Positions 26,001-36,890 of a DNA stretch of 64,000 nt are shown in pieces; position 1 is the first letter of the stretch, and every line of letters begins with the position of its first letter. The notes below the pieces were generated by a model. The model was not told the origin of the DNA. It saw only the letters and a list, made by a program, of their open reading frames with translations, and made no database searches. The position numbers and the translations under genes are program-made. This DNA comes from Balanoglossus misakiensis (Eukaryota; Animalia; Hemichordata): assembly GCA_040954595.2 (NCBI GenBank), contig CM082596.2, forward strand, positions 654,636 to 718,635, given 5' to 3'.

Positions 26001-29000
26001 ATTTCGGCCTTTCCTGAATCACTGATTAAATTCTACTGATACGCCTACTTCCTATCGTTAACAACAAACATTCTCCTTTGAAATCATGTCAATATAAATT
26101 TCAGGTTTAGAAGGAAATCAATGTCGGAATCCAAGTGCAGTTGCTTCAATGACCAAACCGTGGTGTTACCATGCGGACAACTCCACAGATAGAATAGGTC
26201 GTGAATTTTGCAACATTTCTCTTTGTGACAGAGGTGAGTTTATAAATTCTGTTGTAATCTTGTAGATTTCATGGTGTGGACATGCCAGGAAACAGATGTT
26301 CCGGAAAGTAATTTCAGAGACTGCAGAAATAAATAGCAAAATGAAAGTATTGCTGGCTCTCCGTAAAAGTCAACTGCATGATGACGCTCTGCTGGTAATA
26401 AAGTCCAAAAATAGCTAGTAATGACCTCAATCGAACTAGGCTCTCTTAAACATAATTATATCTGACCTGAATTGTTTTTAGAAATGGAACAACCAATAAA
26501 TATGTCAATTAGGTGGTACTAGTCACAGTCATGTCACTCGGGTGACAAAGTGGAGCAAATGCTGAATGATACCCCTAATTTGTCACACATGCAAGCTAGT
26601 ATCTGTTTTGACTTTTTAAAAATGCCATGACCTAGTGACAAGTGTCAGTGGCAACATATATATCAACTTTTTTGCAGTACCTCAAGTAAACGTTGATGAA
26701 TTCATACCCACGGAAAAGAAACTACCAAGGAACTGGTACAAGAAGTATTCAGAGTTCTTGACTGATCATCTCAAGGAGGATTTTGAAGCTTATTATCGAG
26801 ATCCTGGTTTCCAACGTGTCAAGAGTGAGATACCACCTGACTGGTACGGGTTCATGACATTCAGTTCCACTCCAGACTTCAGCGATTTACAGAATATATT
26901 GAAATTATCAAGAGACGAGATAAAACAGTTGGGACATCAAGCTGAAGACTTCATACTACAGTGTACCTTTGACCAGGGAAAGTGCAGTTACAAGTGAGTA
27001 TACACAAGATTCAAAATTTTGTCAACAATGGCTGCTTACTCATCAGCATCTAACTCATAGAGCATCTTTGTGTTTTTCTATCCTAGGGATTTCCACCTGT
27101 TTGCAAGCAGTCAATACGGCAACTGCTTCACTTTCAACCATGGTTTGAACGGCAGCAAAGTGAAAGAGTCGACCAGAGCTGGTGCAAACAACGGTAAGGC
27201 GCCATCACACGGCCACCATAGCTGTTTTTTTCATCTTCACAATCGTCTCACTAAGTTTTCAAAACTACAAATGGATGGCCACAACTCAAATTATCTTGTT
27301 ATATGTCAACAGGGCTAAAGTTAACATTGTTTACAGAGCAAAGTGAATACATTAGTTTATTTGGACAATCATCGGGAGTCAAGGTTTCGATTCATCGTCA
27401 TGACGCTGAACCTTTCCCAGAAGATGATAGTGTCACTGTCCAGACTGGAAGTGAGACATCAATAGCTTTGAAAGAGGTATGAACTAAATGCATGTCAACA
27501 CATTTGTCTGATTGTTGCCACCCCTACCCTGAGCACCACAGTGACCACCACCACCACCACCGTCATCATCATTATAAGAAGACTACTGCAAAATTCTAAC
27601 AATAAATCTTACCCTAATTTTTTTATCTTTTCAGGGACTAATTAAAAGACTGACACCACCCCATGGAGAGTGCTCACAAGGCCCATCTGCCGACTTTAAT
27701 ATGAGTGCAAAAGAAGAATGGGCTTATAGTCAAATAGTAAGACAGCATGAAATTATGTTCACAGGGTTGCATTTTTTAGAAAGTGAAATAGCCTTTTACA
27801 GATGATCTTGTTTAACTGTGCACAAACACTTCCTTCCTGGACAATAATCAAATTCCCCGAAATGTAATGTCCACAGTCCCTGTGTGTACCGGCCGTCATC
27901 CCTGTTCTAACTTCTAAATGCCAGACTGTAATAATTTAACATTTTGTTTTGTGGATTCTATCACCAGGCATGCCAACATAGTTGTACAAAACGTCACATG
28001 CTGAAGATGTGTGAATGCATTGATACGTATAACGATGACGGACCAAGATGTATGATACAAAACACCACACAAGGTAAATCGTTTTGTCATCATGTGTCAA
28101 TTATCATTGCAATGAGTGAAAAGTCACTCCACTCACTCAATTCTAGAGAAACTTTACACTCTGACTCTGCTGTTTCTGTTTCCAGAGATCTGTCGTCAAC
28201 TTATGTACTTCCTTCATCAAAGAAACGGACTACCATGTGACTGCAGGATACCTTGCAAGTGAGTTTAAACTTCTGCAGTCCTTGTCGTTTTTTACAATAT
28301 ATGAACAGCCCACAAGTGTCAAGTGTCTGCATATCAATATTTGAACACTTTGCAACATCTTGTGAATGCCAAAGTACCAGCAGAAAAGCCTCCTTTGTAG
28401 GGATAGGCATGCTAGCGCCGCCAATGGCCAAAATCACAGCTTGGAGCAGACTTGTACAGTTGGGGAATAAAGGATGATGACGGTTGCACTTTTAAAACAG
28501 ATTCACATTAAGTAAATAATTCTGGGTTGATTTTCCACAGTGAAACTTGGTATGGTAAGACTATTTCACAGTCATATTGGCCGTCAACAAAATACTTGGT
28601 GAGTGGTAGTGTTGTTGTTGTTGTGTGTAAATAGTTAGAGAAACAATGACAGACAGTCAGAGCTAATGACAGAGACAGAAAAAGACAGCATGTTCTATAT
28701 TCAACAAGCACCAGTAGTAACACATCTTGCACATGAAAACCATGGTCTAGAATTGATAAGCTATGTAAGAATGATATAATGCAAATTTGTGGAAAGCACA
28801 CATAAGTATTGAGAGTCTGGTAAAATTTAATGACAGTAGAGTCTGGGTGAAACATTAAAAGCTGAAAATAGTCTTCGTCTGGAGATGTATAAAATGACAA
28901 TGCTATTATGTGCGAACTCTACATACATTATCACACAAGGTCAGTTGCCACCAAAGTCCTGTGCAAATGACATCTCCATTTCATACAACAGACATTGCCT

Positions 29001-29842
29001 ATTTTAGGGCAGAGAGCCACAAATTTTCTCAATAGTTTTAAAGGTAGATTTGCTTCTCTAAAGAGAAAGAGATATTATCTGAAGGACTTTTTATTTCTTG
29101 TTATGAAGGGATCTTTACTCAGAGTGTTGCATTCACTCAACGATAAGACCAAAGATATAAGAAACAGCAATGATGCACGGTAAGATATTCAAACTTTTAT
29201 CACTCATATTTCATTGATAAAGTATTAAAAAGGCATATCTTCCAGTTTCAGATTGTAGTGTGATTGAAGCGTTACTTCCCAATAACTGTCTGTGAACTTG
29301 ACTTTTCATGCCAGAAGAACACCAAGTACATGTATGTGTAAAACAACAGTTTGTGTTGCTACTCAATGAAATGTTGCATATTAATATTAAACCCTTCTTC
29401 AGGAGGAATCTGGTTCGGTTAGAAGTGTATTTTGAAGAATTAAATTATGAAAAGGTGGAAGAGACACCAGCATACCTGGTGAGTAATTGTTATTTACAGG
29501 AAGCTTCTGAGAATACAGAAGTCAGACTATAATTATAGAGGTGTTGAACCACACTCTTTTTTTCACACATGCACCAGAGTTTCTCGTTTATGTATTGCAC
29601 ACCATCCATCCATAGGCAGACAACACACACACAATCTGTTATGTTTTCATGATATTCTACATTTTGTTATTTTTCAGCTTGAAAATCTTATTGGTGATAT
29701 TGGTGGATCACTCGGACTATATATTGGCCTGTCTCTCATCACCGTTGCTGAATTCATTGAATTTTTGTGTGATCTTTTCCGACTCTGCTTTGCCCGATTA
29801 TCTCAGCCGTCTCGGAGACATGTACCTGCATCCATATTGTGA
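16731..29842 (+). CDS. DEG/ENaC/ASIC-family (amiloride-sensitive-type) cation channel subunit with a giant LDLa-PAN-kringle ectodomain insertion (34 coding exons, ~1726 aa)
   Basis: Manual splicing gives one continuous frame (5181 nt). N-terminal exons are 16731-16786 and 17110-17522 ([11 protein letters not shown] motif, TM1, [10 protein letters not shown]). 22 insert exons span 18445-26233. Core exons are 26678-26993 ([13 protein letters not shown]), 27087-27193 (YGNCFTFN), 27313-27476 (GLKLTL..EQSEY..GVKVSIH), 27635-27736, 27968-28073 and 28186-28258 (Cys-rich thumb), 28541-28598, 29109-29179, 29403-29478 ([10 protein letters not shown]) and 29678-29842 ([27 protein letters not shown]2, stop). 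A possible non-coding/alternative 5' exon ends at the donor near 14637. Confidence 0.88.
17017..17070. repeat. (TTGA)n microsatellite in channel intron
   Basis: About 13 perfect TTGA copies just upstream of the 17110 acceptor. Confidence 0.95.
18445..20272 (+). other. LDLa block 1 of the channel insert: 7 exons, LDL-receptor class A-type repeats (4 canonical, 3 degenerate)
   Basis: Exons 18445-18564 ([16 protein letters not shown]), 18672-18794 ([12 protein letters not shown]), 19071-19196 (CNNGEDE), 19403-19516 (4 Cys only), 19644-19760 ([10 protein letters not shown]), 19871-19990 (no acidic DE motif) and 20183-20272 (truncated). Confidence 0.85.
20521..22111 (+). other. Four tandem PAN/apple domains of the channel insert, one per exon
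   Basis: Exons 20521-20778, 20955-21203, 21451-21696 and 21869-22111. Each has C-x3-C ... F-x-C-x2-[VA]-[DN] ... C and a terminal Y/H-[YH]-[EQ] strand (e.g. [19 protein letters not shown]...C...HHE). Confidence 0.85.
22331..23450 (+). other. LDLa block 2 of the channel insert: 4 LDLa exons
   Basis: Exons 22331-22447 ([10 protein letters not shown]), 22705-22839 (CLDGSDE), 23101-23211 ([10 protein letters not shown]) and 23334-23450 ([10 protein letters not shown]). Confidence 0.88.
23702..26233 (+). other. Kringle/LDLa block of the channel insert: KR-LDLa-KR-LDLa-LDLa-KR
   Basis: KR1 at 23702-23968 (YRG..CQKW..NFCRNPD..WCFTT..WEYC); LDLa 24155-24280; KR2 24482-24757 (NYCRNP..PWCYTT); LDLa 24904-25038 and 25182-25301; KR3 split over 25503-25637 and 26105-26233 ([11 protein letters not shown] / NQCRNP..PWCY). 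Confidence 0.9.
24791..24821. repeat. (TATC)n imperfect microsatellite, intronic
   Basis: atctatctatctatctacctatctatctatc. Confidence 0.85.
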
Positions 29843-30084
29843 TGCCCTTCAGTGACTGTCAAAAAGCATCACTTCATTGTCAAGATGCTTTGTAGGCTAA
29901 GTGTCAGTTATACCAAGTATAAAAGGCTACTGTAGCACAGGAGTCCAGCAAAGAAGTGTATTCATCAAGATGTACAAGAGGGGTCCTTGTTACAAGGAAA
30001 AGAAACAGATTGTTCAGCATGAAGTACTCAAGTCTTTAAGTCTAAACTTAAGACCTATTTATTGAGAGAGAACACTCATGTGAC

Positions 30085-30163
30085 ACTGTGTAAAGAGCCA
30101 GTGTCATGGATACCAGGCGCTATATAAATTAATTATCCTATCATATCATATCATATCATATCG
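30085..30163 (+). mobile_element. Probable L2/CR1-clade LINE or partner-SINE 3' tail in the channel 3' region
   Basis: tgtaaag...GGCGCTATATAAAT followed by a (TATCA)n tandem tail, the typical end of L2-group elements. Confidence 0.45.
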
Positions 30164-30329
30164 TAAGTAAAAAATTACTGAGAAGTTTTCAATAATTCTT
30201 TAACATCCATTAAAGGGACAATGTCATTCACTTTTCCCAGAATTTTTTGCTATTTAAATTTGTTTTCAATGTTTGCATTGTGGTAGTATTCATTGTCATG
30301 ACCACATGCATATTTCAACATAGTACATG

Positions 30330-30353
30330 ACACACACACACACACACACACAC
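30330..30353. repeat. (CA)n microsatellite
   Basis: About 12 CA copies. Confidence 0.95.
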
Positions 30354-33300
30354 AAAAGTATCACATACAGATTGCAATTTTAGTATTCAAATATATATGT
30401 GTAAGTATCCAACATTTAACATTCCACACCCATATTAAAGAATTAAGATAGCCATAAATTCAAATTTTGGTATTAATATGTGTATTTGATATATATGTTA
30501 TGTAAATTCATTACTTTATATCAATATTTATACTTAATATTTTGGATTAAACAAGCTACCCTTCAATTTACACCAGCACACATTTACAAATGAAGTTACA
30601 TTTAGTTATGGTATTTATATATTTAATAATTAATATCCATCTTTTCTCCAGGGGCATTCCCCTAGTTACTATCACTTATGCAAATTTAGTCACAGTTACC
30701 ATAGAGGGAAGAGATCTAGCCAATGACAGATTTTCCCTGGGTGGCCACATAGTTTAAACTATGCAAGTGATTATGTCAACTGGAGGAGATTGTAATCATT
30801 GAAGCTGCCAATTACTAACAGTGCAGCATGGGACAGGGTACTGTGGCAAAGTGCTTGGATCAACAAAGAAAAATCCCTTCACTGCTGATTTGAAAATGTA
30901 ATTAAACATGCTAAAAATAACTTTATACAGTCATGTATACTTTAATATTCACATTAATATTCACTTTGAAACAATATTAAAAGAAAATTGTGGAAATAAC
31001 TTCTGTTCTTTGTAAGTGGAACTTTTTTGAAAAATAATTTTCTTTAAAACAATGAGACAGGATTCTACTCTGATCAGTATCTATTGCAAATTCAGAAAAT
31101 GCAATGTACTGGGCTAAGCTATACTTGGTTCAATTGTTTTGACTGTCCAGTAACTGCAGCCTTGCCAAAAAACTGACATGTGCATGTTAAAGTTAATGCC
31201 CATATCATAAATTAGACCATATGAATGTTCAGAAACCAATAGCTGGAACTGTTGGTGTTTTGGTCTGTTGAACTTGCACAATTAAACCTTAGACTGGAAA
31301 TATTTGGTGATACTTGAAGACTTTGAAGTCCATCAATATATATTTTCATATCAGCTTGAAAATGTATGCCAGGCGTAATGAAATGTTGCTGACTATTCTC
31401 TGTTTGGGATTTGATTCGGGTCTGACTTTGAACAAACTATCAGTTCAACAAGTCATCTATATCTGGGTGAGTGTGTGTGTTTTGTGTGTGCGTTACGTTG
31501 ATTTAGACATCAGTTTCTAGACTGACAAGTGTCCAGTGTGGCCATAATCTTGCAGCCAACATGGAATGTGACACTGCAGGTGGTAGGCCTGGTTGTGGAT
31601 TGGTCACCACATCAGGAGCATGGTGGTAATTCATCGTGCCTCTTCATGTGTTGGTTGGTAGAATATTTTTCTCTGGTTGTGCAGCAATACTCAGGCTCTA
31701 AGGCCCTGGACAGACAGTTCCAGGGTCCCCCGAGTACTGCCACTCCCCAGATAAAAGCAGTCACTTCATTTTCACGCCCAGCTGGGGGCCCTCTTCTTAG
31801 TTGGGGTCAAACGTTGACCGGGTCGATCACTTGACTTCTCAGCAATAGTTTTGGTAGCTTCAAGCTTTAAAGTTCAATAGCAAGTCTTCGGTGGACACTG
31901 CTCCAATTTTGTGCTATGTAACTCTCGTTGTGACGACAATTCTTTCCGCTTTAGACTAAAATTCGTCCTCAGCTTTTCGATGGCCGTCTAATCGTCGTCG
32001 GAGATGTTTGAAGCTTGAGTGGCTGTTCACTACATCTCCGCTGCGGTGCTGGCTTTCGCTCTCGTCTTTGGTGATGTGACTTAAAACGTGTTACTAAAAA
32101 GAATGATGTGGTTAACGAAGGCGAGTTGAGATGCCATGTGCGGGAATGGCTACGTCGATCTGTACGGGCGGGCGGGCCCAGCATGCGGCAGGACGATTCT
32201 TGCTCAGCGTGCACGCACGTGGCCGGCCCCTCCAAATGTACGTTGTAGCAGGTGGGCGCCCTAGCTTAGCGTAAAAATAGAGGGCTCCCTAATATGGCTC
32301 CCTCAAACGTCAAAGGGTCGCTTTCAAAGTGTCAAATCTATCCAAACAGGGTCCCAGCTCCCCCGTTACATCTCCAGTAAAGTATTTTATTTTATTTGCC
32401 AATTGATCTCATTGCTTCCACCATCAAAACGCCCACACATGTAATCTTGCAGTCAATTAACAACACCCGATTCGTCAAAAAATAAAGATGGCCTCCTTCC
32501 TCAAAGTGAAGTCTCCTACCGTGCAAGGGGGGCACTTAAAACTCTGTTGGTCCATTATTTCGCCTTTGAAATTTGTTTCTAACAACTCAACTTCCTGCCT
32601 GGTAAACTCGACATACACCTAGGAGGTCGTTAAGTCAAAATATCTTTTGTGTATGTGGGAGTAGGGCACAGAAATTTTGAAGGTCAAAAATCATGTCTGC
32701 ATTTGCAATATAAAGATCAATGTGTGTATGTAGGCCAATGCAGTGTGTGAGGGTGTGTATGTATTTTTGATTTAATCATAAAACAAATATTATTAATCAG
32801 TGAGATAGACGCTTTTAAAGGTCAGAGCTTTGCATTATCCATTCTGAAAAGTTATAATAAAAGGAAGGGCATTTGTGAAACTTCGATCAATTTCCTTGTC
32901 TTTCGTGGTACTTTGGCAATTTTAGTCTTCAGTTCACGCGACTTGTGATCGGGATTTAGCCTCTTCTGCGCATGCATGGTGTCATCATTCGCAGGTTTTC
33001 TAATGCAGGGGAGGGGGCGCAGAAGTTAAAGACGGTTTTTGTCAGGGCAGACAAACAGATGTAGGTCTAGGCTTAATGTACGATTAATGTCCATTTGGCC
33101 TTACAATCAGATACAAACAAGGTAATGAAATAGTTATTTGCGTCACTGAAAATTAAGAAAATGGTAGGCCTAAGTGGGCAAGTGATTGATAACACACAGA
33201 CACATTTTCATATATTAGTATATTTGCTTTTGTTTGAGTTCTTTCCGTTTCTTCGCCCGTTTCTCACATACGTATTTTGTCTACAATCTGCATCTCACGC

Positions 33301-34574
33301 TCCATGTGACACACAAAATGAAACTGAAGAATTCAATAAAATCTTTATTTTTTGTCTTGATCGGGGATTTCTTAAGACAGACAAACTGGGTCCAATTGTA
33401 ACCAGCTCAATAACGAAAATAATGTATTCTGTAAAACGGTATCATCTATCTGACCCCTTACAGCAATCCAGTGACCCAACCAAACCCTTGACAAGTCCGG
33501 TAAATTCACTGATTCAGCAATATATTCATTCGATTTTCTATAGTAATATAGAGCAAATATGTTCGGAGAATGCATTGTGTCTGATATGTTTAAAGTTAAC
33601 GTTTTATATCGTGGTCTTTCTGTTTTGATTGAAACAAAAATATTTGTGAACTCATACATACTGAAAGTTTTCTCCATCGATCTGAATGCTGAATGTATTT
33701 ATTGGAATTACTGGTACTCTTCTGCTGTATAATGAAATACATAACGATAAGGAACAATTTCTTTTCTCAATACTATAATGAACATCTGGGTTTGAGGTAA
33801 TTATGTAAGGCTTAGCATGTGAAAATGATAAATTCTCCCTTCGGCCAAAATCCATTCACCAACGATGTTGATCAGTAATTTTTACAAAAGTCAAATATCG
33901 AAATTATTAAAAATTAAAATTACTGGAGAACTGTATCCCATAACTGTAAGTTTAAACCTCATAACATTAATATCCACCTTGAAGCTGAATATGAAGCATG
34001 GTGGTGGATTTGTCTGAATTTTTTGTACATGATTTGTGTCAGCAGCAGCTGTACACACAAAAGTCAAAGTTCATACAACAGCGACAAGAAATAAGATATC
34101 ATTGGAGTCATATCAAGCCGTACAGATAGTTTGGAGAGGCGCAATGAGATCTATCTCCTTCTGCCAAGATTGATCAGCAGAGGCCAGACACTGAGTGTGC
34201 GCACTCGTCACAGTCAAATGTATTCTCCATTTCAGCAGACGTACAAATCGGGAGTGATATCTGTCGATGAAATCGCGAAAACCGAAAGAATAAATACAAT
34301 CGTCCTCGTTATCATTACCGTTAATACAAGCAATCGACGTTGCTATCGTGGAAGCGCGGTCTTTCAACATAGACGAAATACCAAAATGTCAACTGCCATG
34401 CGCATTGGTTCAGAAATTTAAATGATTCTGAATTTCGTTTGATTTTACCAGCAATATATTTTGTTTGCTCGATACGGTCAGCTTAAATTTACATTAATCG
34501 TCCATTCCAATGCACATGGCAGTAACATTTTGATTTCGGGGTATCAAAATCAAATGGAGTAAAATAGATTTCAT

Positions 34575-35456
34575 TTATCCGAACATTAAACCCCATCCAT
34601 AGTCATCACGTCCTCGTTTGTTGTCATTTCCGTTCCTTGATCTTAACCTTGCACGACCTTTTGACCTTTTGTCGAGAACGGTGCGCTTTATGCTTTCACG
34701 AAGCACATCCATTGGATCCTGGTTTTCATCGGTCATTCCTTGTTCTAAGTCTGTTTCGTAATCATCGAAGTCTCTGTCGGCAATTTCCGCAACAAATGGG
34801 TCTTCTTCACCGCTGAGTCGTTTCCCAAACATCGGACCCCATCCATACCCTTCTTCGAGTCCACGCTTTTCGTTAGTTTCTGCTATGTTGGAATCGTCGA
34901 ATGTAACCGTGTGTTGTGGACTCCTCTTGCCGAACATCATACCCCAACCGTAATCGCGCGAGGGATCTCTCTCAGATATCAAGCCCCCTCTTTTACCAAA
35001 CATCATTCCCCAACCATAGTCATTGCCTCGTTTCGCACTTGCTTCTTTCGGCACAACTTTTTCGTCCTTAAACGCTTTGTCAGAATGGAGGGATTTATCG
35101 ACATTGTTCCAACCATATGAAGATTCATCCACCAGACCTCTCTTGCCAAACAGCATTCCCCATCCGTAATCACCCTTCCCTGGGTCTTTTTTGCTCTGGG
35201 CCCCTTGACCCTGCCGTTGATTGCCGCCTCTTTTGCCGAACATCATTCCCCAACCGTAATCGTTTCCCCGCTTGGCCTCCAGTGGCCCCTTCTCTTCATC
35301 ATCCGCCTGTTGCCCGGCAACCCAATTCACTTCCGGCGCCAGTATACTCTCTCCAACCTCAGCCTTTTTGCTGAAAGTTGTCGTTGGCAACCATGCCGAT
35401 AAAGTCACATCTAAGTAAATAGATAGGAAGAACAAAATTGCCAAATGTCTCACCAT
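34575..35456 (-). CDS. CCK: Cholecystokinin/gastrin/sulfakinin-type neuropeptide precursor (293 aa, single coding exon)
   Basis: Signal peptide MVRHLAILFFLSIYLDVTLSA. Dibasic-flanked, Gly-extended peptides: GNDYGWGMMF-G (x2), DPGKGDYGWGMLF-G, GGLISERDPSRDYGWGMMF-G, GLEEGYGWGPMF-G and C-terminal GRDDYGWGLMF-G. The acidic-Tyr-Gly...Phe-amide motif is that of the CCK/SK family. A ttttttgcag acceptor lies 20 nt upstream of the ATG. Confidence 0.93.
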   Translation of the reverse strand: MVRHLAILFFLSIYLDVTLSAWLPTTTFSKKAEVGESILAPEVNWVAGQQADDEEKGPLEAKRGNDYGWGMMFGKRGGNQRQGQGAQSKKDPGKGDYGWGMLFGKRGLVDESSYGWNNVDKSLHSDKAFKDEKVVPKEASAKRGNDYGWGMMFGKRGGLISERDPSRDYGWGMMFGKRSPQHTVTFDDSNIAETNEKRGLEEGYGWGPMFGKRLSGEEDPFVAEIADRDFDDYETDLEQGMTDENQDPMDVLRESIKRTVLDKRSKGRARLRSRNGNDNKRGRDDYGWGLMFG

Positions 35457-36671
35457 TTCCCGTTCTCTGTGATAATCTGCAAAAAATGAAAAATGTTAGG
35501 CGATTAGACAATGACCAACACATATATGCAGAACCTAAAACCAGAGCTAGACATTGAAAGTTTGCAGTGATGAAACGTGCATATTTGGACGTTATGATAT
35601 CTTGTTTTATAGTTCTTATCACGCAGACTGAATCCAGTACACTGAATAGCCTTGTTTTCAAATGCCAAACTTTACATTAATACATGAGACATAAGCGCCC
35701 TGAAATCTTTTGTCGGAAAAATCTCCTTTCAAAGTGTGTGATCAATTAAAGTGTTCACAAGGCGTACTGTTCAACGAGAAGCACGAACTGTCCATGTGAT
35801 CATTGCATCATATTCGCTCCATACTTTCGCTTGGATTGGTTCAAACCACGTGACATTAACGAGGCATGACACACGATAGTTTTGCCTTCGCTCTGATGAC
35901 CTGTTTACTTTGTGCTGTGTTGACTGCCTGTAAAAACTCTTTTGTCTAGCTGTTAATGAAACTCAATGCTGTTTATTACAAGTAGCGAAAGAATATCTTG
36001 GCAATGTCAAGATTTGCAAAAAATAACACCTCTCATCATTGATATTATGTACTTTTCAAAGACCAGCGAAAAGTTCGTTGAAGGTTGCTTGGCTGTAACA
36101 GCTGAGCAGATGCTAGTCATCCTTGGCGATAGAATTCCAATGTTTGCCCTAATTGGTATTATGCATCGAAGACAGCGTCCAACTTCGTATGGCGCATCGT
36201 TCCAATCAATGGAAGATCTTGTTACGAAGAGGGGTTCGTTAAAAAAATAACGCTGAGAAAAAGTGTTTGACAACACAACAACATCACGAAATATTCACTT
36301 CAGATAAATGTCTCTACAACTTGACTTTAACTTCAACCGAATTAATCCCAAGAGAAACGTTTTTATACAGGCATCACCCAAGATTCGTTAACATCACTAC
36401 CTTAAAAATTTGCAGAAAGACCACCAGACGTGCAGTCAACGTGTGATGAGAAAAACGAAAACTTATCTATCGTTAATTGTCATTTAACCGCAAGCCGGTT
36501 TCCATTGCAGATTAAACGAATGACAAACTTGTTTCATAATCTGTTACATCGCTGGGGGAGGTATCTGATATCTTGGCATCAGCCAAAGGAGGCAATTTCT
36601 GATGATCGTAAAAGCCTTCTTGCGGCTTAGGTCAGAAAAGCAGCGCATCGCTCAGGTCATTCGCACGAACC

Positions 36672-36882
36672 AAGGGAATGGGTGTTTGGTACAGTTTTTT
36701 AAGGGAATGGGTGGTTGGCACAGTTTTTTTAAGGGAATGGGTGAGTAGCACAATTTTTAAGGGAATGGGTGAGTAGCACATTTTTTTAAGGGAATGGGTG
36801 AGTAGCACAATTTTTAAGGGAATGGGTGAGTAGCACAATTTTTAAGGGAATGGGTGAGTAGCACAATTTTTAAGGGAATGGA
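36672..36882. repeat. ~28-30-bp minisatellite (aagggaatgggtgagtagcacaattttt), ~7.5 copies
   Basis: Eight occurrences of aagggaatgg at ~28-30-bp spacing; the first two units are divergent. Confidence 0.92.
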
Positions 36883-36890
36883 TGGATGGT

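Noticed and set aside
18445-26233. Separate nested LDLR/plasminogen-like gene inside a channel intron
   Set aside because: No own start or signal exon, stop exon, TM or protease domain was found. It is on the same strand and phase-compatible with the channel exons on both sides.
31510-31647. Minus-strand Cys/His pattern (PCS*CGD...TCSVTFHVGC...TCQS) resembling a decayed PHD finger
   Set aside because: It has an in-frame stop, missing ligands and short length, so it cannot be distinguished from chance without an HMM search.
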